A stretch of 64,000 nt of DNA from Ylistrum balloti. Taxonomy: Eukaryota. A program made the position numbers and the translations under genes. Below, piece after piece: positions 36,385-52,402 of the stretch. Position 1 is the first letter of the stretch. Every line of letters begins with the position of its first letter. The stretch lies in contig NW_026782110.1 in assembly GCF_031769215.1 (NCBI RefSeq), forward strand, positions 372,001-436,000, written 5' to 3'. The notes under the pieces are model-generated. The model made no database searches, was not told where the DNA came from, and saw only the letters and a list, made by a program, of their open reading frames with translations.

Positions 36385-39090
36385 GTGTGTATAGAGGGGT
36401 AGGATACTCGCCACGATCTGATGTCTGTTATGTTATAAAATACCATGTGTATGTAGAGGGTAGGATACTCACCATAATCTGATGTCTGTTAACAAATAAA
36501 ATATTCAGGTGTGTGTAGTGGGGTAGGATACTCGCCATGATCTGACGTCTGTTATGTAATAAAATACCAGGTTTGTGTAGTGGGGTAGGATACTCGCCAT
36601 GATCTGACGTCTGTTATATAATAAAATACCAGGTGTGTGTAGTGGGGTAGGATACTCGCCAAGATCTGATGTCTGTTATGTAATACAATATCCAGGTGTG
36701 TGTAGTGGGGTAGGATACTCGCCATGATCTGATGTCTGTTATGTAATAAAATATTCAGGTGTGTGTAGTGGGGTAGGATACTCGCCATGACCGGATGTCT
36801 GTTATGTAATACAATATCCAGGTGTGTGTAGTGGGGTAGGATACTCGCCATGATCTGATGTCTGTTATGTAATAAAATACCAGGTGTGTGTAGTGGGGTA
36901 GGATACTCGCCATGACCGGATGTCTGTTATGTAATAAAATATTCAGGTGAGTGTAGCTAGGTAGGATACTCGCCATGATCTGATGTTTGTTATGTAATTA
37001 AATATTCAGGTTAGTGTAGTGGCGTAAGATACTCGCCATGATCTGATGTCTGTTATGTAATAAAATACCAGGTGTGTGTAGTGGGGTAAGATACTCGCCA
37101 TGATCTGATGTCTGTTATGTAATAAAATACCAGGTGTGTGTAGTGGGGTAGGATACTCGCCAAGATCTGATGTCTGTTATGTAATTAAATATCCAGGTGT
37201 GTGTAGTGGGGTAGGATACTCGTCATGATCTGATGTTTGTTATGTAATAAAATACCAGGTGTGTGTAGTGGGGTAGGATACTCGCCATGATCTGATGTCT
37301 GTTATGTAATTAAATATTCAGGTGTGTGTAGTGGGGTAGGATACTCGCCATGATCTGATGTCTGTTATGTAATAAAATATTCAGGTGTGTGTAGTGGGGT
37401 AGGATACTCGCCATGATCTGATGTCTGTTATGTAATAAAATACCAGGTGTGTGTAGTGGGGTAGGATACTCGCCATGATCTGATGTCTGTTATGTAATAA
37501 AATACCAGGTGTGTGTAGTGGGGTAGGATACTCGCCAAGTTCTGATGTCTGTTATGTAATAAAATACCAGGTTTGTGTAGTGGGCTAAGATACTCGCCAT
37601 GGTCTGATGTCTGTTATGTAATAAAATACCAGGTGTGTGTAGTGGGGTAGGATACTCGCCATGATCTGATGTCTGTTATGTAATAAAATACCAGGTTTGT
37701 GTAGTGGGCTAGGATACTCGCCAAGTTCTGATGTCTGTTATGTAATAAAATACCAGGTTTGTGTAGTGGGCTAAGATACTCGCCATGGTCTGATGTCTGT
37801 TATGTAATAAAATACCAGGTGTGTGTAGTGGGGTAGGATACTCGACATGATCTGATGTCTGTTATGTAATAAAATATTCAGGTGTGCGTAGTGGGGTAGG
37901 ATACTCGCCATGATCTGATGTCTGTTATGTAATAAAATACCAGGTGTGTGTAGTGGGGTAGGATACTCGCCATGATCTGATGTCTGTTATGTAATAAAAT
38001 ACCAGGTGTGTGTAGTGGGGTAGGATACTCGCCATGATCTGATGTCTGTTATGTAATAAAATACCAGGTTTGTGTAGTGGGCTAGGATACTCGCCATGGT
38101 CTGATGTCTATTATGTAATAAAATACCAGGTGTGTGTAGTGGGGTAGGATACTCGCCATGATCTGATGTTTGTTATGTAATAAAATATTCAGGTGTGTGT
38201 AGTGGGGTAGGATACTCGCCATGATCTGATGTCTGTTATGTAATAAAATACCAGGTGTGTGTAGTGGGGTAGGATACTCGCCAAGATCTGATGTCTGTTA
38301 TGTAATAAAATACCAGGTGTGTGTAGTGGGGTAGGATACTCGCCATGATCTGATGTCTGTTATGTAATTAAATATCCAGGTGTGTGTAGTGGGGTAGGAT
38401 ACTCGCCATGACCGGATGTCTGTTATGTAATAAAATATTCAGGTGAGTGTAGCTAGGTAGGATTCTCGCCATGATCTGATGTCTGTTATTTAATGAAATA
38501 TTCAGGTGAGTGTAGTGGCGTAAGATACTCGCCATGATCTGATGTCTGTTATGTAATTAAATATTCAGGTTAGTGTAGTGGGGTAGGATACTCGCCATGA
38601 TCTGATGTCTGTTATGTAATAAAATACCAGGAGTGTGTAGTGGGGTAGGATACTCGCCATGATCTGATGTCTGTTATGTAATAAAATACCAGGTTAGTGT
38701 AGTGGGGTAGGATACTCGCCATGATCTGATGTCTGTTATGTAATAAAATACCAGGTTTGTGTAGAGGGCTAGGATACTCGCCCAGATCTGATGTCTATTA
38801 TGTAATAAAATACCAGGTTTGTGTAGTGGGCTAGGATACTCGCCATGGTCTGATGTCTGTTATGTAATAAACTACCAGGTGTGTGTAGTGGGGTAGGATA
38901 CTCGCCATGACCGGATGTCTGTTATGTAATAAAATATTCAGGTGAGTGTAGCTAGGTAGGATACTCGCCATGATCTGATGTCTGTTATGTAATACAATAT
39001 TCAGGTGAGTGTAGTGGCGTTAGATACTCGCCATGATCTGATGTCTGTTATGTAATTAAATATTCAGGTGTGTGATATTCGCCATGATCT
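36385..39090. repeat. 62-bp minisatellite, about 43 copies
   Basis: Unit GGGTAGGATACTCGCCATGATCTGATGTCTGTTATGTAATAAAATACCAGGTGTGTGTAGTG; period checked at 36531 vs 36593. Confidence 0.97.
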
Positions 39091-40642
39091 GATGTCTGTA
39101 CCGCTCAATTAATCTGTACTTTGATAAACAACAGGCAAACATTATTGTGTGAAATATGTTGATCACGTTGGGAGAGGTCCAAATTTGCCTGTGCCATATT
39201 TCTGAGGTTCAATGCTCTTATGATTTTAGAAAATCGTTAAACAACTTGTGGCAAAAAAAAAAAAAAAAAACGATATACTGTCGATAGTATGGTGAGACTG
39301 AAACTTGTATTTATATAGGTTAATACCACTAGACCATTACTGATAATAATGTTGGTGGAAGGTGCCTTTAAATATACAGGCCAGGACTGATGTTATTTAT
39401 GACCTCATCACAAATCAATAGATGTCGAGTTATGTTTTGTATACATAGACAACTATTTGAGCAGTGCTATGTGTTTTATGATACCATCGCACTGACGATA
39501 TCGGGCACACTTATTGTGATAGATATGTTACTGTACAATATCACAGCAGTATTACTTAAATATGACGGGTGATTAGGCCCACTATTTCGTTTTTCATTTT
39601 TCTCTACTCAAGAAGGACCATAAACCCTACCTTTGTGTAAATCAGGTAAATTGATAGAACTGTCCATGTTATCATTAATTTTGATACGTCGATGTGCTTT
39701 CATGTTTAAAGAGTCGGTTAATGGCTCTTTGAAGTAACAAAGTACATTTTTATATGCAGTAGACGTTTAATGATAATTAGTGCTATAGTACAGTTATATT
39801 GCACTTTAAAACGGATGTAATCTTCTTCACGTAATCTTTAACGCGATAATTATCGTACGTGTCAGCTATACCGTAGACCTGTGATCGGAGACATGAGTAA
39901 CTACCATTGGCTAATTAAATGTTATCACCACTATAACTAAAGATTTAAGAATATCAATCTGTATTTGTAACATAGTTTGTGTCATCATGTGTTTAATTAT
40001 TAAAATAAGGCCAAGGTTTGTGTTATATACATCTCCGATTGTTCTTTTAAAGCCCGTTATTATTTTGAAATGTTGTGTTGAATTACACATATTTTGATTT
40101 GAAAAGACTTCCAATATGTAATGTCACCACGTGGTGCTATTGTTTACAAACAGAACTGTAAGCTGTCCGATACATTAATACTGATAAAGGTGTATCAATT
40201 AATGCTAACAGTCCCATACGTTTGCATACTATCATCGGTCGGGAATTAAAAGATATTTAAAGCCCCCTCAATGAATCTAACGGGAAGTTTGTCTTGAACG
40301 TCATTGTTTAATTTGACCTTTGAACTATGCAGCGTGTTGTTAGTGTTTTGTACCTGTGTATTGGCTAATCATGTGTATGGTATGCGGTCCGTTCCATCTT
40401 GTCCTCTCCGTTACCTCAGGTAAACCACTACCCACTGTCTCCGCGCATGGCTTACCTCGTCACGGAAGGTGTAACAGCTTACCTGGGATTATCTATCTAT
40501 ATTTGAACGATTTGTGTATTATGATGGAAAAACTACGTGTCACGTTGCTAGATTTAAAAGAACGGTGAATTCACTGCATTTGAAAAAAAAAGAAGGAAAA
40601 AATGACGACGAAAATATTTCACTTTGATTTTCACACATTCAG

Positions 40643-40771
40643 GTTGTTCCCGTGTGAAGCAGATATGATGATTTAAGTCCGGTCTGATCAGATCTCATTA
40701 CGATAACAAGATTTGGATGTCTTAAAGGATCATTTCTCTGTACCTCCACAGGAATCAATTCATACTTTCAG
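40643..40771 (+). other. Candidate non-coding (5' UTR) exon
   Basis: TTTTCACACATTCAG| acceptor (alternative TTTCTCTGTACCTCCACAG| at 40751) and a perfect CAG|GTAAGT donor; stops in all frames of the long form. Confidence 0.35.
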
Positions 40772-40982
40772 GTAAGTCTTAAATCCCATGATCTTCATGG
40801 CTAACAAAACAACACGGACGTGTATTTAAAAGGATATTTTCATATCATATTTGATAAAATTGCACCTGTCTGTATTCGAGATTTCTGGAATATAAAAATC
40901 TTCAACACTATTTTCCTTATCCAATATCATGTTATTGATTAAATGACTCCAATCGGTCACCAAAATCACACCAAATGGTGGC

Positions 40983-41012
40983 GGGGGGGGGGGGGGGGGG
41001 GGGGTGGGGGGG
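40983..41012 (+). repeat. Poly-G tract (G22-T-G7), G-quadruplex competent
   Basis: Read directly from the sequence. Confidence 0.9.
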
Positions 41013-44000
41013 CAATATTACGTATGAATAAGCAGAATCATGAAGTACATTAAAGAGGGAAACTGCTAACAAGCCTTGTGTATGAGAATGCAGCAATAAG
41101 GTATGTTTAGAATTATATAACTAAACTGGCACTGTCAGAAAATATAAGCGATGAAATGAAAAACAAACATTAGAACATACTCTCTGATAGTCACGGTCCG
41201 TTTTAGTTATCAACGGGATAACACTTTACAAAGATCAAAGTAACGTTTACACTAGATTTAATGATGTATGATTAAAACAAATCTATATTTAAGCGACACG
41301 CGTGTCACTCTACACTAAGACAAGTCCGATACACAACACAACAGATACAGCAAGTGAGTATTAACTTTGCCGTAATTGATTATCATACTAATTAGAAATT
41401 ACGAAACTTGTATGTTCGCACTTGTGAACGTAATTGACATCCCTGAAGGTGTCGGTTGAAGTTATTTTTAATTAGAAACATCAATACACGCACACCTTTT
41501 CGCCAGTTAAAGGGTTTCTAGGCACAGGTGACATGCTCGGAACAAGTTAACAGCTCAGAGTATGGCATGTTCTGAATCACATAAGTAATATATAACAATA
41601 AATATATATAAGACGTTTTAATGTTTTAAGTTGGATAACACAAGTAGCATTGTTATGGAATTTAAGTATATGTCAAATCTGTTTTATCCGACAATCGCTT
41701 ATAGTTTCTGGCACGTTGTATACAAGACGCTTTGTGAGTAAAGAACTATTTCTTTAACCTACAAAGTTAATGTTTGAAATTGTTACTCCTAGCATCTCCA
41801 GAACTCCACTATGTCATTAAAACTGTACTTATTATACCCCACAAATATATGGCATTCAATAACTTGCCATAAATTCGATTTGGCAGGTTGTCGGCGGTAA
41901 GCGGCAGAACATAATACAGATGTAGGTTATGCAAAATTTATTTAGATATGTTGTTACATTGTGTACTGTAGAATCTGTACTGGTATTGCCAATAAAGCTA
42001 ATGCGGATTTAACGACCGGCGAGGATTGGGAGGTGTGGTCATTGTAACGGGATATACACAGACTGAACCTTTAAGCCAGTTTCACCTGATACGTAAGGCG
42101 ACAACAAAAAGCCAGAAATAGTGATGTGAATAGCAAGGCTTAGAAGTAAAAACAAGACCTGAACCGGATAGATTGGACAGGATTTTCAGGGTAAAAAATC
42201 TGAAGAGAATATTGATCCCTTAAATCAGCCGATTAATCGATCACTGTTGTTATATTGCAGATCGCGTAAGAACAATAGATTTGTATATGAACTCAAAAAC
42301 ATTCTTCCCTAGATAAGAATAAGCTGACAGTGTATCTCAGGTAAAGAATAGTTAGATTATATATTTAAATTTCCAGTATACGCCTAGATATTATACTGGC
42401 TGGCACCTGGATTACCTGACACTATGCAACTTACTGAGAAATATCAAACTTGACTTCTTGTTTCTGGTCAGTCTTTCTAGACGGTAGTAATCAGCGTGGT
42501 TGTAGAAACAGAATGTGACCATTAAGGAAAGGGAATTGTCATGATAAGAACATCTTATAGTCACAATTTTACAATGAGACAAGCCTCCTGGTATTTGTTT
42601 TAACTGTGTATCTAAGACAATACAGAGTGCAAATATCGGTCCTCTAGGTGTTCATTCTTGCGATTTCACCCATGGTTACAAAAACCGTTCCTTCTATCCA
42701 GTTCATGACTACACACTTTTACCGTTGTTCCTCAACATTCTTCACTTTCTATCAGACGTAATGGTGTTACCATTTCCTCTGAATTCTACAAAACCCACCT
42801 TTCACTTTTTCATTTTTGTGGTATGGCAACATTACTGTGACAACATTATTACCAAAATAACAGGTCTCAAAAATGGAAACTATCTGCATTTGTATTTTCC
42901 TTTTCTATTCGATATAAAACTATCGTTTAATATGAATATGTATCGAAACGCGAATTTGTTGAAAGTCATGACTGTCATTTCCTTTGTTTGCTGAGAGAGT
43001 TTTTGATATGTTGATGTACGTATCATTTGGCGCACTTTATTTGTGTTATTAAGCTTTTAATTTTTCTGTATTGATTTATCTTTGGTAACTATATAGAAAC
43101 ACTGGTCATAGATAAGAACACTTGGAGGTAAAAGGTTTGATATTACACAGCGAATTTGTGCTTTATTTATGGACAAGGTAAATGGATTATCACAACTTTC
43201 CTTTGAAATAATATTTCTCAATATAGAATATAAATATGATACACTGATAAGATATAATGCTTACCTACATGTTTAAATTGATAAATTGTACCGTAGGCTA
43301 AAGTGTCTTACCAATTAAAAACTTTATCTGCTCTGACAAAAATCACTTTATTAAGGTTGAAAGTGGATCTGTCGAGTGAAAGGTGGTATAGTGTATGATA
43401 TGAAGTCTCCCGTTCTATTTCCGTGTTATCGTGATTGGTTGTTATGGCTGCCTATATAGGAAACGTTCTGACAACCATAACTGATTGATAAAAGTGAACA
43501 CACACATGATGTATGTGTTTGTGTCCCCCGTCAAATTGGTCTTTATTTGTTTGTTGGTGGTATTGACCGTCAGGTTTGGCTAGTTAACGGCAGTTCGAGC
43601 TACTTACCAAGAGATAGGCCCATGTCTACGCCGTTATCACATTGTTATACTTACTAGTGTGCATGCTGTTTCATGACAACATTATACTACTGAAAGGTAG
43701 GAATCGTTTTGTTTCACCTAAAATTGCAATAAAGTTTAACCATGTTGTTTTAGTACGTTAGTTTGGCTTTAAGATCAGTAGCTTGCATCGTTCTTTGCTT
43801 AATAGTACACTATTTAGTAATCAACAAAGAAATAAGGAAACAAAATATTTCAGAGGATTTTTTCATGTTAGTAATGTCAATAGCATAACACAGCCAGTAG
43901 AAAATTGAAGTGTGACATTCATCAGACAAATGAATTAGTGCTCTCAACATCGAAACGTCACACTTAAACCTTCTACTACTAGTTGTGTTACAAGAACATA

Positions 44001-44564
44001 TATTCGAATGATATCCGAAGTGTTTGATCACCATTTATCAAGGGTTTGTTTAGACATCATCCTTCATGAAGAGATTGTTTAAACATCATCATTCATAAAC
44101 AGTTTGTATAAAAATCATCATTCATCATGAATTTGTTTAAGCATCATGATTCAGTTGACATTCAGACTTCATCTAGAACATCCTGATAAAAAAAGAAGTT
44201 TTGCAGAAACTTTCCGAGGCCAAATATGCATTAAAATTGTGAATCAAACGGCACTTCTACACAGTGGTCTAAAGGATGGAGACAAAAGTCATTTATATAT
44301 CCAAATATGGTTGAACCAAATGTTCTACATGTTACATTTACGTGACATTTACCGTATAGTTCAGATGTTCCTTCTTAATCTGCAAGATGCTTTCTATGAC
44401 TTAACTCCGGTGACCCCTGAAGGTCATTGGGACTTTTATTGCTTATCAAAAGTGTATGATAATTTACGTGTTATAACAATGCCAAAATATACTAAATTAT
44501 CAAGAAACAAGATGTAGTAACGCATAAACAGGGAATGACAAATTGTACAAAATCATTAACATTA

Positions 44565-45395
44565 CCGAAAAAATGTACCAAACCACCGACGAGTAACGAC
44601 AAAATGTATCAAGCTATCATTGAGTAACGGCAAAATGTACCACACCACCAATGAGTAACGACACAATGTATCACAAGCTATCACAATGTACCACACCACG
44701 GCAAAATGTACCACACCACCAAATGACACAATGTACCACACCACCAATGAGTAACGACACAATGTACCACACCACCAATGATTAAGACACATTGAGTACC
44801 ACACCACACGACAAAATCTACACACACCACCAATGAGTAACAATGTATCACACACAATGTACCACACCACCAATGAGTAACGACACAATGTACCACACCA
44901 GCATTGAGTAACGACAAAATGTACCACACCACCAATGAGTAACGACACAATGTACCACACCACCAATGAGTAACGACACAATGTACCACACCACCAATGA
45001 GTAACGACACAATGTACCACACCACCAATGAGTAACGACACAATGTACCTCACCACCAATGAGTAACGACACAATGTACCACACCACCAATGATTAACGA
45101 CACAATGTACCACACCACAAATGAGTAACGACAAAATCTACCACACCACAAATGAGTAACGACACAATGTACCACACCACCAATGAGTAACGACACAATG
45201 TACCACACCACCAATGAGTAACGACACAATGTACCACACCACCATTGAGTAACGACACAATGTACCACACCACCATTGAGTAACGACACAATGTACCACA
45301 CCACCAATGAGTAATGACACAATGTACCACACCACCAATGAGTAACGACAAAATGTACCACACCACCAATGAGTAATGACAAAATGTACCAAAGC
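44565..45395. repeat. 31-bp minisatellite, about 26 copies
   Basis: Unit GAGTAACGACACAATGTACCACACCACCAAT. Confidence 0.95.
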
Positions 45396-48300
45396 GCCAA
45401 CTGGTAATCAATTGTCTGCAGTTTTCCAAGGGTGTATGATCATTTTAGATTCTGGTCACTAACGGCTCCTGTAAGGTAGAAACAGAAGTATGATGCAGTT
45501 TAATTAATTGTTTATCTATGCTTAGGCTCAATCTAACTTTGTTAAAAGGTGCTATTCTCTCGCATGTCTTTTTTCTTACAATCCAAAGTGCCGTAAATAA
45601 AAAACTAAGATTGGGAAGTAACACATGCATATATATTGCTGAACGAAACCGCAAAGTGGTGTATATAGATTCACATGGGAGCTTACCGATACCAATTACA
45701 GAAACATCACAATGTTTGTGGTAAGATTGTATAAACCAAGTGTTAGGTCCGCATATATTTTTCCAGATACTTGCTAAAAGTTCTATATGTAGCGCGACCT
45801 TTCTGTTTCATCCAACATCGCATTGTACTGTAGGGGATTAAAGCCAGCACAGCATGTACACTCAATAATTAATGGTTTTCTGATTGTCCAGAGCGCAGGC
45901 TAAATAAACATATTGGGCATATAAGTGTAAGCCACCTCGATCCCTGGCCCTTATTCAGCGTGTTCAATTCTGTATTGTATATACATAATAATGAAGGCGA
46001 TAACGTCGTTAATTTTCACTGCACTCTAGTTAACAGTCTGGTCAGCAACGGTGATTCTGGTCTCGGTCATACACCAATCCTTTACAAGTGGTTTCTAATA
46101 TATGTATTTAATCTATGTGAAGGGGAAGCTTATGTTAACTAAAAGAGACCAGTGACTATCGTGTTTTATTTCTGTATGCTATGAAACTTTTTCTGTTCCA
46201 GTTACGTTAAGCTTGCAGGAATGTCCTCACAAGGTTCCTACTTGACCTGAAGTCTTCAGAGGTGTTACATACGAACTGTGTGTAAGCGCTAAATCATTCG
46301 GCCTGCTTGATGTGGCTAAAATTGCGACACTTTGTAAGGTACGTCACTTCAATGTCAATCATTTGGGATTAATTGATACTTCACTTAGCCTTTAAAATCA
46401 CACACTGTATCTCAATTAGTGAGTTTGTTCCCTTTCTGTACTGGCTTATGGGAAAGATATTCTGAGCAAGGTAAGCACTTAATGTAACCAACATTATACC
46501 TCCCATCTGATTTATCATTTATTCGTTGAGTGTATTCCCTGAAATTTGAAATTTAAATTTATTATCAAATGACATTCTTTAGATCCTAACGTATGAGGAT
46601 GTGTGTGTGATGTTTGTATTTTTATCTTATTAAAAGCAGTTAATGATATGATACAAATTTATCGTATCAAACGAACAGTACACTATGTTAGTGTTCGTCA
46701 GTCTATATCAGTATTCATATACCCTGATCTAAACGTTGTGTGTTTCTCTTATTCCTCCACTAAGACTTCATCAGTAAATCTATATTGCTGTATGGTGAAA
46801 AGTGTTCTATTGTCTAATTTTGATTCAGAACATAGCAATTTTGTTATTTCATGGTATTCAGTTGATATATGACTATTGTAACACCTTTCATAAGGACAAT
46901 TAATAATCATCAAGAGGGAAAAAAATCAGAACATTTCAAAGCAAGTGTAAGACGTCTTAACTGTTCAAATTTCTGATGAGAAAGATTCACATATATTCAT
47001 ATACCTAGACTAAAACCGTATTAATGTCCTGCTCCTGTACATAAAGCACTACCCTTCATTAACATGATAAACTTGACAATATATACAGCAGTACGGGTAT
47101 TTATGAACACAAGACCGTGTTTGAAGTCTTTTAAAACGTGTTTCAGTATAATTGAATGATTAACACATTAATCTCAAAATACCTTATTTGCCGGTAAATA
47201 ATTGTATGGAATGTTGACCTCGAGGATACACTACATTATGCCCCACTAAGTAAATAAAATGCTTGTACTCAATAGAGCAAATTATATGTTAAGTGAGCTA
47301 GCATTTTATTAAGGAGTCCATGTACACAGATGTTAAATAATAGTAATCAACAATGTAAACAATGCAATTAGTTTGCACGAAACAAGTGACGAAGTACTTT
47401 TTCCAACAAAACCCTTTTTCTTAATTGTCTACCCAGTAAAGCAACATTTCAAGCTCAAACTGATGGAAATAAACGTGAAAATAATTTATTTTGAAATTGC
47501 TTTCCAACAATAACAACTTCTCGAACTATTCTGCGAGGATAACAACCAGCATGTCTTGTGTTGTCCTTAAGATGTATGAATTTTTACAAGTTCTGATGCA
47601 CGTAATTAACACGTTTCACATATTCTCTCGATTTATGAAGTTAAATGGTTTAATCGTTGCTAAGACCGTTTCCAATTTTGTCCGTTTTAATGGGACCACT
47701 TTGGATATTTCCATCAAACTCTTCAATGCCTTGTAATCTTATTTGTGAATACTACACATCAATTTATTGCTTTGCCTCATATTGTTGATATATACAATCA
47801 TTCTATTTCTCATATCGCTAAGACATGTGTCAGATTACTTTTACCCAACTAACAGTTCTTTTGATCATTCTGTGGAATCATTTATGAGCGTTGAATTACA
47901 TACTCGTGCGCTTTTTACAAGATCCTGACAAAAAAACTACAGTTGATAAGTTGAGATGAAATATTGAAAAGGATCGAGATATTTTAAGAATGTTTTAAAC
48001 AAAATCTATCAAGTGTAACTAGTGACATTTTGTTCAAATACTTTCAATTAACTACCGCACAAAGGAATGTTGTTAGAGTGCCCCGAAGACCGCCCACAAA
48101 ATATCTTACATATTTGTAGATGTTTCCGAATATGTACCTTAATTATCTATAGATATAGTATCGGCTATTTCTTGTTACGATTTTGATTTAGAATGTTCTG
48201 AGTCGTAAGGCCTTTACACTGTCAAATTTGTAGTGGGAGGGATCAGAGTCCTGGGAGTGAATACAGTCGTTTAGTGGGAAGCAGGTTTTAAGTCCAAACA

Positions 48301-49887
48301 ATATATAAAACATTGGATTCTAGCACGAGTAATTGTGGCTATCAATGTTTATGATCACATTTCACTTTAAGAAATGTACAATCTCTTATTACTTAATTTC
48401 ATCTTTTCCAAATTTGCGAATTAACGAATAATTAGTAACTGCACTGTTGTTTAGTTTTTATCATGAATTATCACTGTTATCTTAAAGTTGGAAGGCCACG
48501 TGAAATTGAAATCGAGGATTTATGTTATGTGTTTAACAAAATATCAAATGTGTCAGTAGATTTAGAAATAAGTTCCAGAAAAAAAGTTTTATTCAAGTGA
48601 TGGATATTTCAATTGGTGGATAAAGAATACTCACGAAATAGAATAGAACCACCGCCAAATTTGATAATAACAATAATAAGATACCAGTACCTATCATGTG
48701 ATCGGTTTCCTATCCGTAGAGATGCTTAAAGCGAAATTACAATAAGTTATATATATGCACACTTCATCAGTGCAGATAAGATATCAAGATCAAGATCACA
48801 GGCGAGCATTTGCTTTCTTCAACCCATCTGTTTAATTAGTGTCAGACTAATGTGATCGACTTAATTTCAGTCCTTAAATTGTTCCATTATACTTTTACGT
48901 CACGATTTCCCACAAATCTCTGGCTTTTAGATGCAAGTATTTTATGGCGATGATTGGTATGTGTAACGTGTATTTTCCATAAGGTATATTAACGTCAAAG
49001 AACTGATCATTCTGCTCTGTGATATATCTAAGGTGGCGTGAGGATTGTTTTATTTCGTCAGTACATCAATCCTATATATTTTGTTCTTATTTGTACTTTT
49101 GGCAGGACATTTATTGAGGAGAAATATTTCCCTACTCGAGAAATATCGGTATATGAATATATTCTTGTTTGTACCCTTCTGTGTTATTGAAGATAAATCC
49201 ACACTAAATATCGGACTGCATAGTACTTAATAGAAGATGAATTAAACCGTCGCTCTCTACGGCTGTATACATATTTGCACTGTGGTTTTAGAATGATCGA
49301 ATTTGTAAACCAATAGACGATTGTTATTTTGTGTTTACCTGGCACGCTACATATTGTCTTCTACATGTGGACATAAGTGTTACAGATCCCTACCAAGTAG
49401 TTATTGTAAATACTTCTCGACCACGTGGTAGGAAATCGAACATGGACAATCCTTGATAGATAGCTACGATTTCAGACACTACACACGGGATGTGATATAA
49501 TATCAAGGTGGAAAATGACAGGCAGGATTATAGGTCTGAATTTGCTTCTAACAGCAGTTTTCTTTACTGCATAACGTCGCCCACGTCTATGAAAGGGTAT
49601 GGATTTATAAAGTGAGAACACGATCGATTTTGTCGTCAAGTTTTCTTTACACGTATATTGTCATATTGATTAACAGGAAAGATATACTGCTTGATTTTGA
49701 CAGGTATATTTCTATTGCTGATTTGAATGAAATATCGACTGACATATCATGGCTATGAAAGTGCATTCTTTTAGATCTTTCAACAGGTAATATGACTTAT
49801 TGTCTAATTGTTGTATATACATGTCGAAATCAAAACTTAATATTCTACACAATTCTTTTGATTGAAAGATAAATATACTGCAATTTA

Positions 49888-51285
49888 GTCTCCCTTGTCA
49901 TCAGCTCATGGTTTAGTGTGTCTCCCTGGTCATCAGTTCATGATTTAGTGTGTCTCCCTGGTCATCCGTTCATGGTTAAGTGTGTCTCCCTGGTCATCAG
50001 TTCATGACTTTAGTATGTCTCCCTGGTCACAGTTCCTGATTTTAGTGTGTCTCCCTGGTCATCAGTTCATGATTTAGTGTGTCTCCCTGGTCATCAGTTC
50101 ATGATTTAGTGTGTCTCCCTGGTCATCAGTTCATGATTTAGTGTGTCTCCCTGGTCACAGTTCATGATTTTAGTATGTCTCCCTGGTCACAGTTCCTGAT
50201 TTTAGTGTGTCTCCCTGGTCATCAGTTCATGATTTAATGTGTCTCCCTGGTCATCAGTTCATGGTTTAGTGTGTCTCCCTGGTCACAGTTCCTGATTTTA
50301 GTGTGTCTCCCTGGTCATCAGTTCATGATTTTAGTGTGTCTCCCTGGTCACAGTTCCTGATTTTAGTGTGTCTGCCTTGTCATCAGTTCATGATTTAATG
50401 TGTCTCCCTGGTCACAGTTCCTGATTTTAGTGTGTCTCCCTGGTCATCAGTTCATTATTTTAGTGTGTCTCCCTGGTCACAGTTCCTGATTTTAGTGTGT
50501 CTGCCTTGTCATCAGTTCATGATTTTAATGTGTCTCCCTGGTCACAGTTCCTGATTTTAGTGTGTCTGTCTTGTCATCAGTTCATGATTTAATGTGTCTC
50601 CCTGGTCATCAGTTCATGATTTAATGTGTCTCCCTGGTCACAGTTCCTGATTTAGTGTGTCTCCCTGGTCATCAGTTCATGATTTAGTGTGTCTCCCTGG
50701 TCATCAGTTCCTGATTTTAGTGTGTCTCCCTGGTCACAGTTCCTGATTTTAGTGTGTCTGCCTTGTCATCAGTTCATGATTTAATGTGTCTCCCTGGTCA
50801 TCAGTTCATGATTTAGTGTGTCTCCCTGGTCATCAGCTCATGATTTAGTGTGTCTCCCTTGTCATCAGTTCATGATTTAGTGTGTCTCCCTGGTCATCAG
50901 TTCATGATTTAGTGTGTCTCCCTGGTCATCAGTTCATGATTTAGTGTGTCTCCCTGGTCACAGTTCCTGATTTAGTGTGTCTCCCTGGTCATCAGTTCAT
51001 GATTTAGTGTGTCTCCCTGGTCATCAGTTCATGATCTAGTGTGTCTCCCTGGTCACAGTTCATGATTTTAGTGTGTCTCCCTGGTCATCAGTTCATGATT
51101 TAGTGTGTCTCCCTGGTCACAGTTCATGGTTTAGTGTGTCTCCCTGGTCATCAGTTCATGGTTTAGTGTGTCTCCCTGGTCACAGTTCATGATTTAGTGT
51201 GTCTCCCTGGTCACAGTTCATGATTTAGTGTGTCTCCCTGGTCATCAGCTCATGATTTAGTGTGTCTCCCTGGTCATCAGCTCAC
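49888..51285. repeat. About 32-bp minisatellite (30-33 bp variants), about 44 copies
   Basis: Unit TTAGTGTGTCTCCCTGGTCATCAGTTCATGAT. Confidence 0.95.
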
Positions 51286-52402
51286 GATTTTATATTGTAT
51301 CTATTGCCATTGGGTCATGGTTTTAATTTATGTTCCATTTTAAAGGTTCGAGTGTGTCTTTTTCCAACGGTTAACTTTTCAATGTGTGTCCCTTTCATTT
51401 CACATTATCTAGCGCGTGCCCTATGCAATGGTTTATGCATCTAGTTTGTGCCCCCTGCCAGCTGATGATTTACTGGTTATGAGTGTTAAATATCATTGGC
51501 TCATAGTTTAAGTGTGTACCCTTTTTTCAGTGGATCATGATTTAAGTGTGTACTCCTTGCCGGTGTTTCATTGTTTTAGTGTGTACCACTTGTCAATGGT
51601 TTAATATAGCCTTGTAATTCAATAGATTTTGTTATTTTCATATATCTGATAATTTGAGAAGAAAGTGAAGTACTTTGTGTATTCTGTGACGTGTCACCAA
51701 TTGATTAACATTAACGTTGACTGGTAGTGTATTATCAATAGTTGTCTTGTACGAGTTAAGTCCCTTCTTCGTGACATTAGCTACTTAGAAGTCAATTTGT
51801 TTTAAAAAGTTAGCTCCCTTTTATCATCATGTACTATATTACATTTTTTATGTTTACTCCAGTAAACATTGCCTGTTAACGGTTCACAGCTAACAGTGGA
51901 AACGTTGTTTCAAATTGAAATTGTTGAAAGATAATTCAAAGTGAAGAATGTTCTTTTCTTTGCACTTTGTTTTTACGGTTTTGGAAATAGTGACCTGCAA
52001 TACAATACAATAGACACAAAAGAATAGCACATTGTTATACAAATTTAAAATTAGATACAGTACAGCCAAATAAGGAATTAATAAAATACTTAAATTGTTT
52101 ATGCAGATTGGTTGAAATAATGCCATATATTAGCCAGCATAACATATCGTTTATCACACAGCCCTTCTCCTGATTTAATGGTAAAATTCACACTGAGACC
52201 CGGTAGAATTCTAGCATACTATACCCAATAGTTGGTTTTCACCTCACTCGTATCCTAAGTTTCAACAATTCAGTTATAATTGATTTTCTAGTTAAACTAT
52301 CTAACTCCAAATTTGTATTTGCTTTTCTGGTATCTGACGTTTACTTCGACCAATATAGATTGTCCTCTGTTGCATTCAATGTCTCTTCAGTTTAGACCCA
52401 TA

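Noticed and set aside
42435-43332. Minus-strand micro-exon candidates 43312-43332 and 42435-42476
   Set aside because: Splicing them consecutively creates TGA, no coherent protein emerges, and such signals are common by chance in AT-rich DNA.
44562-45429. Overlapping minus-strand Trp/Cys-rich ORFs
   Set aside because: 31-bp minisatellite artefact.
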